NCBI GenBank assembly: GCA_965644265.1
Contig: OZ286470.1
Coordinates: 32,054,001-32,118,000 of the forward strand
Reading direction: 5' to 3'
Length of the DNA: 64,000 nucleotides
Origin: Glycera tridactyla
Lineage: Eukaryota
This document shows positions 49,801 to 62,850 of the stretch, piece by piece. Each line of letters begins with the position of its first letter. Position 1 is the first letter of the stretch. The notes under the pieces were generated by a model. It was not told the origin of the DNA and did no database searches. It saw only the letters and a list, made by a program, of their open reading frames with translations. Made by a program: the position numbers and the translations under genes.

Positions 49801-50406
49801 GCATTCATTCCCAAGCCTTGAAACAGACACTACTCAAGAACTCCATGTGTTAGATACTTTGCCTGAAGAAATATTTTGAACATCATAACCGACGCTGACA
49901 GGCTTGCATGTATTTTATGGAACACCAACATTTACGATTTGTACAATTCATCACATTGTACATCAGTTTAGCCTATCATAGAACGAGCGGTAGAGATTCC
50001 AAGAGCTTACACCATCTATGATATGGTAAGCTCAATACATGGAAAACTGGCCACCATCTCTCAACATATACCAGAGTAAATTGCAATGATAAACATATAC
50101 TGATGTATGACTCGGCTAAATTTTCGTCATTGATCAGAGATCTGGTGTTATTAGCTGAAATTCTTTCGGATCAGGTATACACCATTGTGAACCATATTTG
50201 AGAGATCAAATAAACTTTGTGTATGAATAAAACATATGAAAAAATGTGGTGACGTCTTGGATTCTCTTTTTCAGCAGGAACTTGTATGCATTTAGAGGGT
50301 TGCGACTACAGGAATGGTTTAGACTAGCAGAGAATGGTGAAACTAAGTCACACCCACACTAAACTCACGCACTCAATAAAGACACAAGATGACATGTTGT
50401 ATTTAC

Positions 50407-50421
50407 CGTAGAGCGGCCGCC
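50407..50421 (-). CDS. Candidate 15-nt microexon (GGRST)
   Basis: gtttgtttggatttaacag|GGCGGCCGCTCTACG|gtaaat; a GC-rich island in AT-rich surroundings, frame-preserving. Confidence 0.4.
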
Positions 50422-50957
50422 CTGTTAAATCCAAACAAACTCCACTATAGTTCACATATACTCCACAAGAGACATAGCTCATATCCAATACCATGGTATA
50501 TGGCCATGTCTGATGTCCACTAATGCATTTAAGGGTTCTTCTCCCAATACAACAGAGACAGCTGAATGGGTTCACCACAATTATCATGTATGACCTTAAA
50601 ATATAGAAAGTTGATTTTGTACCAAAACTTGATATAAGTTAAATCAATACGCCAAACTGATCATGCCTTGTTCATCCAAGGTAATGGCCTCCACTTTATA
50701 ATAGCTTTGCCAATTCATGTCGAATTCAATCCCAAAAGGCACAATCTATCTGAAAAATCTCCTGAATTACCGAAGAGCATCCTCACTGGAGAAGGATATC
50801 TGAACCCAGAGATATTCGAAATTTGCCATGGGTACAAAATCCATTTCTAACATTTTAGGTATCACTTGTCAGTTTTTGCCTCTGTACAACATTCTCAGTA
50901 GCCCTTCATTTACAATTACTAATTGTACTCTCACAATTACTAATTGTCTGAACTTAC

Positions 50958-50969
50958 CAGCCCATTATC
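50958..50969 (-). CDS. Candidate 12-nt microexon (DNGL)
   Basis: aataatttcag|GATAATGGGCTG|gtaagt; frame-preserving, in the intron after the CCG exon. Confidence 0.4.
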
Positions 50970-52610
50970 CTGAAATTATTCAGATCTCAATTTACAATCA
51001 GAATTTACACGCATCAAATATGGGAGTCATGTTTTGTTGTCTGATGAATAACTTAAAGAGATCATAAACAGATCCAATACACAATCATAGCATTCAATTG
51101 AGTTGGAGTGAAGATCTGATTTGTAAATTCTATCTGATCATCTGAATTTACATGTAATTGAAGAGACTTCTAATTTAACTCTGTGTACAGAGTAGAGTAC
51201 TCAATAAGAGAGATAACAATATTGTTGAAGTTGGTGGGTAGAAAAGCAAATGCAGATGTCTTGTGATAGGGAGAAGTAATAAGAGATTAATTAATGGTCT
51301 AGGTAACATGTTGGTAGATGAGGGGATAGGTGAAGGATATTTCATGCAAATGTACATGTATATGTCATTTTCCTTATTTTGCATGCTCTTCAACTATCGA
51401 AGCAAATGCAGCTATGATTTGATCCGTCACCTGCAGAATATATTTCGATCTAAATGACCGAATTGAAGAGCAACTGCATAGCAGGATTAGATGAATCATA
51501 TGAACAATATGAATAAGTATTGATATCATCCACACAGGCTACATTATTTCAGTAGAATGGTAGATTCAAGCTGATATTTGTTGCACCCAACCCATGATAG
51601 CACAATCAGAACATTCTTCCTTGACAATATGTATCACTCGAATCAGGTCAATAATTAGCTCTCCAAACGAAAACAGTATATGATGACCTAATCGAAAATA
51701 AAGAAATTCCCTAACTCCCATCACATATGCACCATTCGAAAATTGTACACCAGGTAGGTTTTTGCTGGTACATATAATGATTTGTTTAGGTCATGTTTGG
51801 GTTTGCACTGCAAATACTCTGGCATCATGTCTCTGCTTTCGGAAACCCTCTTGAAAGCACCATGGGCCAATCCTACCCCTTGAAAGCAAGTGCTTCCCCC
51901 ATGTATCATATTCAATATTGCTATATGACACAAAAATACTAGGAGACTCGACCTCACTGAAGGTAACACAAAGTTCCTTTGATTACACTGCATGACCTTT
52001 CAGAATTTACCCAATAACATTACCAAAACATTATTCCGGATACACCACTCACTATATTTAATGTAATCATGATGAACGTTTAGAATTATTATTAGATTCG
52101 AGCAGCTTGACATGCAATTTTCGATGTTGGCTGAACTTGAAACTGCTCATAACTCTTAATCGGTATCATTGATCTCCTTAAAAAAACCATTTGATCTTAT
52201 ACCTCATATTTGATATATTGAACGGGATTTGATAACTATGTTTGTGTCCAAAAATTCCGTGGTATGTTTGGAAGTAAAAATATTCATCATCTTTGAGTTT
52301 GGTATAGAAACATAAGAACTAGATTCACAGAAACAAATAAAAGTGATTTTACGAAGTATAAATAATGTTTTTGCTGGCAAAAAAAGATGAGTAGCTATAA
52401 TGACAATCTATCATGTAAAATCGAGCAGAATTGATCATACCCTACAACTATGTAGAGATCTGAAGCATGCATAGGTCTGTGCTGCGTTCAACATCTTCAT
52501 AACAGAAAACTGAACAAAACTCAAAATGTAAAACATCTAGTCCTGTGTGTATTATTCACTTGAATGACTCTCAGCCCACGTGTGACTTGAATTCACTACA
52601 TATCACTTAC

Positions 52611-52682
52611 CTGATCTTGGGTTTGATTATACCAATAACTCCATTTATAGTCTGATGGTCCTATAAAGCCACAGCAGTCAAG
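52611..52682 (-). CDS. Tetraspanin CCG exon (LDCCGFIGPSDYKWSYWYNQTQDQ)
   Basis: Acceptor gttttctttccag and donor CAG|gtaagt; 72 nt, phase 0-0. Splicing to the previous exon gives AWDRVQVD-LDCCG, the hallmark tetraspanin motif. Confidence 0.93.
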
Positions 52683-52705
52683 CTGGAAAGAAAACATCAT
52701 AATAT

Positions 52706-52708
<3 letters not shown>

Positions 52709-52752
<44 letters not shown>

Positions 52753-52800
52753 TATCATAATCATCATCATCATTATCATAATCATCATCATCAGCAGCAG
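52709..52800. repeat. (CAT)n microsatellite just upstream of the CCG-exon acceptor
   Basis: Seen directly. Confidence 0.95.
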
Positions 52801-53007
52801 CATTATACACCTGTGAAATTACACTGAATACAAGTTGATCACAAGTGTCCTGGGTGAAATTGACTGAGATTTGGAGTAATGAATATCTGCAGATTACACC
52901 CAGTCCTCATTCCAAAACTACTAGCGAGCATTCTGTAAACGTTCCAACCGCTATTATCCTCCTATTCTCATCGAATATAATGATAATAATATATAATGTT
53001 TACAAGT

Positions 53008-53795
53008 AAGATGTGACCGAAATCACTGTAATATCGAGGTGAAGTGATAGATAAAACCCTACCTATCAACGATATAAGATGGGACCGAAATCACCATATG
53101 ATCAAAGTGAAGTGACAGATAAACCTCTACTTATCAACGATATAAGATGTGACTGAATTCACCATATGATCAAGGTGAAGTGACAGATAAATCACTGCTT
53201 ATCAACGATATCAGATGTGACCAAAATCACCACATGGTCAACGTGAGGCGACAAATAAACCTCTACCTATCAACGATATAAGATGTGACCGAAATCACCA
53301 TATGATCAAGGTGAAGTGAGAAATAGACCTCTACTTATCAACGATATAAGACCGAAATCACCATATGATCAAGGTGAAGTGAGAGATAAACCTCTACTTA
53401 TCAACGATAACAGATGTGACTGAAATCACCACATGATCAAAGTGAAGTGACAGATAAACCTCTACTTATCAACGATATAAGATGAGACCGAAATCACCAT
53501 AAGATCAAGGTGAAGTGACAAATGAACCTATACTTTTAACGATATAAGATGCTTCTGAAATCACCCTGATATTAGGGTGATTTCAGACAGATGAACTTCT
53601 ACTTATCAACGATATCAGATGTGACTTATCTTATCTTCAAAAAAGTGGTACGTATTCAGTGTTCTTCTGTTTTGTACTCTGAGACCTCACCATTTGAGTT
53701 AAAATGAACACATCTTATGCTATTTTATCTTATCTCATCAGCTGTTACTGAAATCACCATAAGATCATGGTGAAGTTATAGATAAACCTCTACAT
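53008..53795. repeat. 68-bp minisatellite, about 9 copies plus a detached partial copy
   Basis: Unit aagatgtgaccgaaatcaccatatgatcaaggtgaagtgacagataaacctctacttatcaacgatat, starting at 53008, 53076, 53144 and onward. Confidence 0.93.
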
Positions 53796-56700
53796 ACCAA
53801 TCAATTTCTGGCTCAATACAGTCTGCAGTAAATCGACTGCTAATAGCGGGAAATTGACATAGGTGGGAAAGTTGGCCGCACTTCGGTCAATGAGTATTTT
53901 ATCACCCAGAACAATTACAGGGAGCGACACCTACTCCATCTTGTGGTGTCAAATTAGTTATTGTTAACCGCCCTCTATTGGCATGATGGAGCGTTGAAAT
54001 AATTATGGCAGGCCGCGGGTCAGGTGGGGGATACGCTTTCGGCGAGATTAGTGGTATGGCAGGCCTTTATTATTCCACAATTATGAGGCAAAGGCAGCCT
54101 TATTAGTTATTACCCGCTTCACAAGATGGACTGTACCAAGTTGCATTATGCCATCTTTCCAATTCTTTGGTCTCACGTCAGTGCTTTATCATACAAATAC
54201 CTAGCGTGGGACAATTACAGGAACCAACAATTCCGTTTTCAAAGAATGAATAATGCAGAAATGATTGGGAAAATGTTACACAATGAAGTTTCTAACATGA
54301 TCTTACGTGGTCACCTGTCGGGACAACTTCTCCGCGCACTCATTGCATTATTCCAATCGAGAATGCAGCTTTTCAAAATCGGTGTTCCACCCGAAATGGG
54401 TGTTGCAGCAAACATGTTATAACCAAAATATGATATGAACAAGCATTTCTCAAAATTTAGACACAGTCTCATTCCAGAAAAGTAAACAATATAACATTGG
54501 AAGAAAACACAGTTCAACCATAATGTTCATGTGATTCAAGATATGAGTATGTAGATTATGAGTTAGATACTTGGGTTGGTGACGTGTTATGAGCAAAGTA
54601 TTTCGATGCACACAGTGCAACCCCACCAGGCAGACCATTTAAACTGGAGATGTACATTCTTTAAAATCTATATCATCATTTCTTGCAGGCTTTATAATAT
54701 ATCCCATTTAATCAGCTACCAAAATAGCAGCAAACTTCCGTAGGCATCTGGGAGCCTCTGTATGACATATAACTTCCTTTATGGCGTGGTCGAACAACAA
54801 TATGCCCTTGTTCCGTCTAGTTACAGACTGCATCAAAGGCACGAACATCCTATCTGCTTTTTCTCTTATCGGGGAGTGAGAAAGAGTCCAAATATATTGG
54901 TTGCTAGATATTAATCTTTTCATGCGAAGCACAGTACCCCACCACAACCTTTATCATATGCCTTGCGCCATCTGGTGTTTATGCCAGTATACATAGAAAT
55001 TGTACGATGAGGTACCGATTTGCTCATTTTCTTGTGAGTTCTGTTCACATATTCTTTCGTGAACATTTCTGAGATTTCATGAATATCTTGGTCGAATGGA
55101 AATATATTAAGCCTGGATTTATGAAGCCATATGGCACCATCATGAATTTGGTGATATTGTAGCTCATGCTTTGTCACCATGGATGGTTGTTCTATTGAAG
55201 TTTCTCGTAATATTGAGGAGAGTGAGATATCATGGCATTTTCTGTTACACTGTGAACATTTGGCATGGTCTGAGCTATCCTCATGATACAGCTACTCTTC
55301 TCCCATATGTTCAAATTATATGGCAGGTGAGCATTAGTATTTTCACTCTCACAAACCCTCAACTCACTTGAGGGCGACACCGGAACATGATGGCATTACT
55401 TCCATTTTGAGCAAATCACATCACTTGAAACATAGAGAGGCATCAGGTTCGGAGAATATTCTCAACAAATGAGTCGAGTTATGAACTGTCAAACTATCTT
55501 CACACTGATTGGTGTCCTATACCATTATGAACATCAGTCAGGATCACCTCCATCCTCAATCATTTCATCTCATTTCATTCCCATTGTATTGTATTACTTT
55601 GAATTTGCTGTTTTTTTCAATTCGTCAGCTCGAAAAACTCTTGGATAGAGAGTATCAGCATTTACACATTCACTTTGTATTACCATGACAGATCCAAATA
55701 AACAAGCTACAACAACATACCTAATACATTACTCAATACACTCCCGAGACTGATATCTGCTGGTTATAGTGTTAAATCTGTTGGAGCTATCCAAATGGGC
55801 CGCGGTAGCATGCGACATTCTAATGGGCGAACTGTTGCCAATCTATCATGAAACAATTTTCGAGACTTAATCTCTTTATTGAGGCAATAAGGTGATGGCG
55901 AGCACATTGTACGATCTGGTAGCAATTGATTAGAGCATCAAGGGACCCAGCCAGCTCATGTACATTGCATTATCTGGCTCCTGTAGCAGGAGAAGAAGAA
56001 TTGTAATTGGGGAATAGGCGGGCCTCTCAGATTCATCTTAAGAGGGGGAGGGGGCAGAAGTTGTTGAGGAGTGTTTGATTGATTTGTTATCTGATCCACC
56101 ATAAGATTGATTGATTCAATATTATCTAACGTCCTCTCGACACCAAATGGATCATTTCGGACGACCAACCATGAGAAAACCAAGGAAGTCACTGAAATGT
56201 TGCATCAAATGGGATAAAATGGATTGGGTGTGAATAGATCCCCATCTAGCTTTTATTCTGATGATTTCGTCGTGCTTCCTCAATATACATTCAATTGAAT
56301 CCAAAAAAAGTACTCTAAAATAAACTTGTATCAATCAGCAAAAAAGTAATTGAACCTCTGATTTCCATTCAGGATATAGCTCCGAGAGAAGGCAATAATA
56401 ACTGTCTGTAAAACTCATGAATTTCTATCTTGAGTTGGGGACCCTGCAATATCCCTACTCATGGCCATTGCATGTGCGTCTCAATATAGCTCAGATGATG
56501 CTCATGGAAGGTGGAACGTCCCACCAACTAACCAACACGCCCCAATCTAAGAGTAGCCATGAATCTTTTGCTTTGGACCAATTGCAGTTAGGTAGTTTAT
56601 GATGAAAATGCTTCAAATATGAGCCGTTGTTGCCTAATCCCATCATGACATCATATTCGACCTTCACAAGGCGAATGTCATCGTGTCCCCTCACCCACTG

Positions 56701-57471
56701 TGTGACAAAATGTCAGTAGTATACATTGTTCAGGCTCATATACACATGGATGATTCTGCTTTTGGCACGGAATAGATGATCCACAGAATTTCTCTGAATC
56801 GAGTCTCATATGGCCCAATTAGGCTTTGGGTGGCCGTTCGATCAGAATAGATATGGATGTCATGAATTTCAACCTCGCTCATGACAAAGGAGGATTTAGG
56901 AATGATCCCATCCATGACCATTGGATGTGTGTCTCAATATGACACAGACGGCGCTCGCAGGTTGGAAACTAATCACCCAATCAACCAAGCAACCAAACAA
57001 TCAACCAACCAACCAAACAACCAATAGTTCACGAAGCCAATCATATACATATTCAACCCTGGGACATGAAGACTTGATTTCCGACAGAAGGACCATTCAC
57101 ATTGATGGACTCATGAACGTGGAGACACATCTACAGCTGAAATCAATTCTGCACATGATGCTACTCAAACAATTCCCCCCCCCCCCAAAAAAAAAAAACC
57201 CAACCCAAATCTTAGCAGCTTCTAATCAGAGGATTTTTGAGCAATACAGGTGTTTTTTTCTGATGTTCACAAAGGATGTTTGGATGGTTATAATAGACTC
57301 AGTCAAGGTTAATCATGAACCACTCGAAATCTGAACAACCCTGTGATGTCCATTGGATTGGGATGGACTGTGACGTCACAAACTGAGTAAGAACACCCAT
57401 ATATCATCTCTGTAGTTTGAGAGAAAGGACTTAGCTGTTGGGAAGAGTTGAGTGTCCATTGGAATACTTAC

Positions 57472-57582
57472 ATCTACTTGCACTCTATCCCACGCTTTGG
57501 TAAAAAAGTCTGTAGTATTAATGGTTCTATTATAATTCGTCTTTAGTTGCTCTTGCATAGATGCTTGTATCAACACTGGTAT
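57472..57582 (-). CDS. Tetraspanin exon, start of large extracellular loop (IPVLIQASMQEQLKTNYNRTINTTDFFTKAWDRVQVD)
   Basis: Acceptor ttttctctgtttcag and donor GAT|gtaagt; 111 nt, phase 0-0. Contains the tetraspanin Y...T-x-A-W-D-x-x-Q signature and N-glycosylation sequons NRT and NTT. Joins in frame to the CCG exon. Confidence 0.9.
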
Positions 57583-60500
57583 CTGAAACAGAGAAAATCA
57601 TAAACCACAATGAGCACCCATTGAAATTTGATAATTCTATTGTGATGTGCAAATGTAAAAACATAGTGAGATCTTTCCCAGCTGAAGTAGACTGAAGATA
57701 CTTTCTGAAATATAGGCGAAACTGAAGTTACCCGCGAGTGTGGCTCTATACAACGTGGAGTTCTTTCCACATTATCATAGCAAGTTTGATTTCCATATCT
57801 CTAATACATTATCTGTTCCTCAATAAGAAAAAAGAGTCATCGACAGGACTGAATACCACCCAATGTAATGAAATATGATCAATAAATTCATACTTTCTCA
57901 CCTAGTGAGCATCTCAAAATTGCATGTATGCCTAGTTGAAAGAACGAGATTACCGAGTACAAACGGTTTTCCTTTCCATAGGACTCCCATGCTTGGAGTT
58001 GTGAAACCATCAACATGGATGTATTCATCATATCACAGATGCTATGGAGTATGGTAATTTTCATGGAATAGCATTTTGGGAATCATAATCATTGTGTCAT
58101 TTTTGGAAGAATTGATATCCATCTCTGATACATTTGTGGTCTTCCATGAAACAGCTGCGCTCTAGAATTTAGTTCGAGTCATAGCAATAGAAAATAGGTA
58201 GGCAGTCACCTCGATTTAGAGCCAATGCAGGGTAGAAATAAGGATAAATGGACACAGGCGATACCTGCAGATAAAATGGCCTGATAATATCATCAACACT
58301 ACAGGTGTTACCCGCAGGTAAGCCAGCTTACAATCCCAAAATCAACAGGAGACGAGTTCAAATCGGGTATCCCTGCAGAAGAGCAATCTCCAAGTAGCAC
58401 CGTTCATTATTAACGCCTCCTAGTGACTGTGTTGGAAACTATGCAGCCATAATTGATACAGTATTCAGCAGGTTTATCACTTCGTTCAATATGTAGTCTT
58501 ACTCAAGCTGTGCTACACCGACTTGAAGTCAGTTAACTAGTGTTTTTCGTTTTCTGTTATTCAGCACTTCAGTCTAGAATTATGAATGACTGTGAATTCA
58601 ATGAAATTGCACCTACTGATAGGGAATAAGAGGGATACGTCTCGGATGATGTTGGATGAGATGCGAAACAACCAGCCAAATGCATAACCTTTCACCCTTT
58701 ATCATTATTCTTTTATTTATATTCATTTATTTATTATTATTATTTTTTTTTTTGGGGGGGGGTCCTTGAATTATCCCTCACATGTCCATTGCATGAGCGT
58801 TTCAATATCGTCAATATAATGCCAATGAGACGTAGAACATTCAATCAACATTATATGGGCATCCTAATATCTATCATCACCCTGTGAACATGGTTCAAAT
58901 CTCCTGGCGTCCCTCTCATGCAAAATTGCGGAGTTGTCGTTCTGTTCTTGATCAATATAGAGGCATCGTGCATCGATACTGCTCGTGAAAGTTCTTGCAG
59001 TGTTAAGGGTTTTGTGCAATGCCGTATGATCATCATGCTGTACCCATATAGTTTGTGTTCAGATTCTGTTGGCGATGTGGTTTTGTTTGTGTGAGGTTTA
59101 ATGGTATGTAAACACTCTAAAAGCTCTAAACACGGAAAGAGGCATGAGCTACACACCACCAGGGCTGGGTGATGTTGGGAGCGCCTATCTGGGATCTGAA
59201 AACAATGGCCCTAGGTTAGCAGTGGCGCTATAATAAGTGACGTCAAAAACCAGCTACATTGATACACCTCCTCAGCATACACACACAAAATTCAATCACA
59301 GGCAGAGGATTGCGCCTCTCCAAGATTAGACCAATCACCCATAAATAGCTAACAGCAGCACTGGGAAGATCAGAACCTTCAGGCTCTGACAGTGGTACTG
59401 GACTGAGATCAGTCAAAACAGTCAAACAAATAAACAAACAAACAAACAAACATGTATCAACCTGGAATATCACGTAGGACCTGTGTTCCTGGTCAATCGA
59501 AGCTAGATGTTCTCTACCTTGTCGACATCACTCTCACAAAACCTGAAAACGAGACGACGGGGAACCTGATAAGTTGTCAAGTGGAAGTAGTTGACAATTC
59601 AGGCAGACATCTAACTCATGAAAAGGAATACAGTGAAGCTGATGATGGCATATCTAACTACGTGACTGGCTGGAAGCTGAAACCCAAGCCTGATGGCTAT
59701 GCTTTTTTCAAAACACAGAGCTTGCAACAAGGAAAAGCATTATAGTTTCGGAGAATACTGAACCAATGTGCTCAATTACGAACCATTCAATTCAACCCAG
59801 CTTCATAATAATGGTATCCGAAGCTTTAGGATGCAGAATATCACGAATTGTCAAGACAAGACAGTTACATATATTATCGCGATCCAGTCAATAGAGTGGA
59901 TTCCATATAGTTCAAGCGAATAAAGTTGTACAAAATGTTACATCAGCCATTACCAGAAGAATTCCTCAATTGATATCAGTCAAAGGAGACGTACGTATTC
60001 CAGGCAAGACGTCCACCACTATCCTGTAAAGTCAAGGATAATGACATTTACACGATATAGCGTGGACCCTTGATCTTCATGCCTGGAAGCTCCGCTTCTT
60101 ATTGATATTATTAGCCAGCCTTCGGGGCAGTTATAATAGGTCAAGGTCGGTCACACACATGCCCTCTGTACCATCACAATCTCCCCACATATATGTTAAC
60201 AATGAGATGGATGAATGGTAGTGACTGATTCTTCATGAAAGGTTTGTTATAAATCTAATTTTTTTTTAACATTGCTCACATGACATCGAAACAAGAAACG
60301 TACCAAGCGGCCACCAATAGAACCATTTACAACCATACAAGTGACCGACCAATCCTTTATTTCTATCCTCAGATATTTGTTTTTGATTACACTAGTTAAG
60401 GCAAGTAATCCTATGAAACTAATCCATTATAAAAGTGACGGTTGTGAGAATAGCAAAGTTGAGCCATCAAACAGTCATTCATATTTATACCACAAAATAA

Positions 60501-61597
60501 GGGTAGCTTCAGCTACCGAATGGCTCTTTTGTATCTGCTATGGTATAGATTGTCACCTTGGCTTTCGCGAATTACAGAAGTTCCTGTCTACGTCACCAGA
60601 TGGCAGTTGAATGATCCTCCATGATGAATCACCTCAACAGAGAAAGCGCCCTGGAGATGAACCAGAGTGTATTGGAGGTTCAGGTGAAAGCCGAAGGCTC
60701 AAGACCATTGGTCATTTGGGACATGTTCAGCATCATTTAACTTGAAACTGACCACAGCATCCACCAGCTAGTACAGAGTGCAACATCAGTGTTTAGAAAC
60801 CCAGTAAAGTCTGATGAAGCCCAGATGATCCCCAGCTCTGCCATGACTATAAATAGAATTTTTTCCCAATTTGCTAGGGTGTGATGATACAACATTAAAA
60901 TAAAGTACAGTGATGTAAACCGCATGTAATTCAGTCTTCACTCTGCTTCAATTGTATCATTCCTGGTGTAAAGCCGATAGAAGAATAAATTGAGGTGTTC
61001 ATTTTTCGTGATCCCTTGAAAAGTGAGATTTTAGTGTCTATACTTTGGAACTCATCCAAGCACAATCGAACCTGCCGCAAATGCCGCATCTGGATAATTC
61101 AAGGTTTTATATGATAAACATATCACTAACTAGGCCCCTATTCACAAGAGCACCTTCTGATAGACTGGTCCGACTGAACATTGTTTATATAAAGTATCTT
61201 TTTCATGCACCCGCTCCCTCGGAACGGAGAATTGTTCCATAAGGAGTAGTCAATTTGGCTTCGGCTTGCTTGAGATAGAATATTTAAGAAAATCTTTGTA
61301 AGCCACATTCACATGATCTGTATGAAAAGCTCAGGGATGATACAACATGAAGAGTATCTGTCAGAGTTTCTGAAGGAGTATATTAATTCAAATCAAGTAA
61401 CCTAGTCATAGCCACCCAGCATGACATAAACGTTATGAGCCCCATGTCTCTAATCCCGAATATATCATCTTCAGTGCTAGGGATTTTCATATGAATTAAT
61501 CTCCTATTTGGAAACAAAGAGGAGCAGTCTAGAATAATCACACCCATGCCTATCGCATACGTCAGCATCATGCACATAATTCGAGTCATTCAATCTT

Positions 61598-61768
61598 GAC
61601 TGGGGACAAGTTCGGCTGACTGACTATTGTAGCAGATTGTCGACAATCTTGCGTTCGACTCGTGGCATAGTCCACGAGTTGTCGACAATTGTCTACAATT
61701 TCACGAGTTGAACGCAAGATTGTGGACAATCCGCTACAATTGTCACTGAGCCGAACTTGTCCCAGGTC
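61598..61768. mobile_element. Near-palindromic MITE-like element
   Basis: The left arm (gactggggacaagttcggct...cttgcgttcgactcgtg) pairs for about 65 bp with the right arm (cacgagttgaacgcaag...agccgaacttgtcccaggtc). Confidence 0.75.
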
Positions 61769-62511
61769 TTGCTGCTTTCAGCGTCTGAAATGCTCGAAAC
61801 TCCGACCTGGTATCTCACTGAATACGTGCCCAAGACTCTCCCGGTTTTTCATGGTTCTGCTGAGGTGGCTATCGTGTTCGATGAGAGTGGTGTCATCTCT
61901 TCTCTCATGGAATATGGATGGAATATGGATGGACACACTTCAATTACTGCTCAGGCAAATAATAACTTAAACATCAGAATATTATTGGACAAATACACGC
62001 CATGTTTCCTGATGAGGTCACAATCCCCATCAAGAGTGTGTGCAATTCAGCAAAGAAGATGTTTGAAATGCATGAGCATGATACCTCATTGAAACTGGCA
62101 TTCGAAGTAAAACATCAGAATCCATTGCTTGAAAGTTTGCAGAGCGAATAGGTGTAAATGTCATGCAATTTGATTTTTTCTGATGAAACAATCACAGTTT
62201 TGCCGGAGATTTGACTGACCTCTATCTCACATGACCCCTTATGGTCTGGATGTCTTCCTCTTGCAAAAACTCATCAGGATGTGACTCTGTCACGGAATTG
62301 ACTGGCAATTCTCTGCTAGATCCCGAAATGACTTGAAGCAAGACCCAAGTAGGTGAATGTTGAAACACCAGCCGTATGGGAATGTTTCATGGCATGGGTC
62401 GTATTGCATATATTGTAATGTTCAGTGAATGCTTGAAGAAAAATACAATCAAGCAGGGGCTGCTATTTACAAAACAGTCTTATGATGAAGTCGCCGTCGT
62501 TGCTATTAGTC

Positions 62512-62850
62512 TGATCATCATGATTATCATGATGAACGTCATTGTCATCATCCTTATCATAGCCATCATTACCAGCACCAGCACCAGCACCAGCACCAGC
62601 ACCAGCACCAGCACCAGCACCAGCACCAGCACCAGCACCAACACCAGCACCAGCACCAGCACCAGCTCCAGCACCAGCACCAACACCAGCATCAGTATCA
62701 GCACCAGCTACAGCACCACCGTCGCCACCACCACCATCACAATCATTATCATCATCTTAATAAATATCATGATCATCTTCATCAAGACTATCATGACCAC
62801 CGCCACCACCACCGCCACCAACACTACCACCATCATCACCATCACAACTA
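62512..62850. repeat. Compound (CAT)/(CAGCAC)n/(CAC) microsatellite
   Basis: Seen directly; it explains the ORFs at 62376-62912 and 62480-62704. Confidence 0.95.

Noticed and set aside
53008-53795. CRISPR-like array
   Set aside because: Head-to-tail repeats with no unique spacers, no cas genes, and a eukaryotic context.
60737-60925. Hydrophobic ORF (ILFIVMAELGIIWAS) as the tetraspanin TM3 exon
   Set aside because: No phase-0 donor is compatible with the 57582 exon, and the motif match is poor.
61757-62092. 111-aa ORF with a vWA-like AEVAIVFDESG segment
   Set aside because: It starts inside the MITE arm, the MIDAS motif is incomplete, and there is no supporting exon structure.
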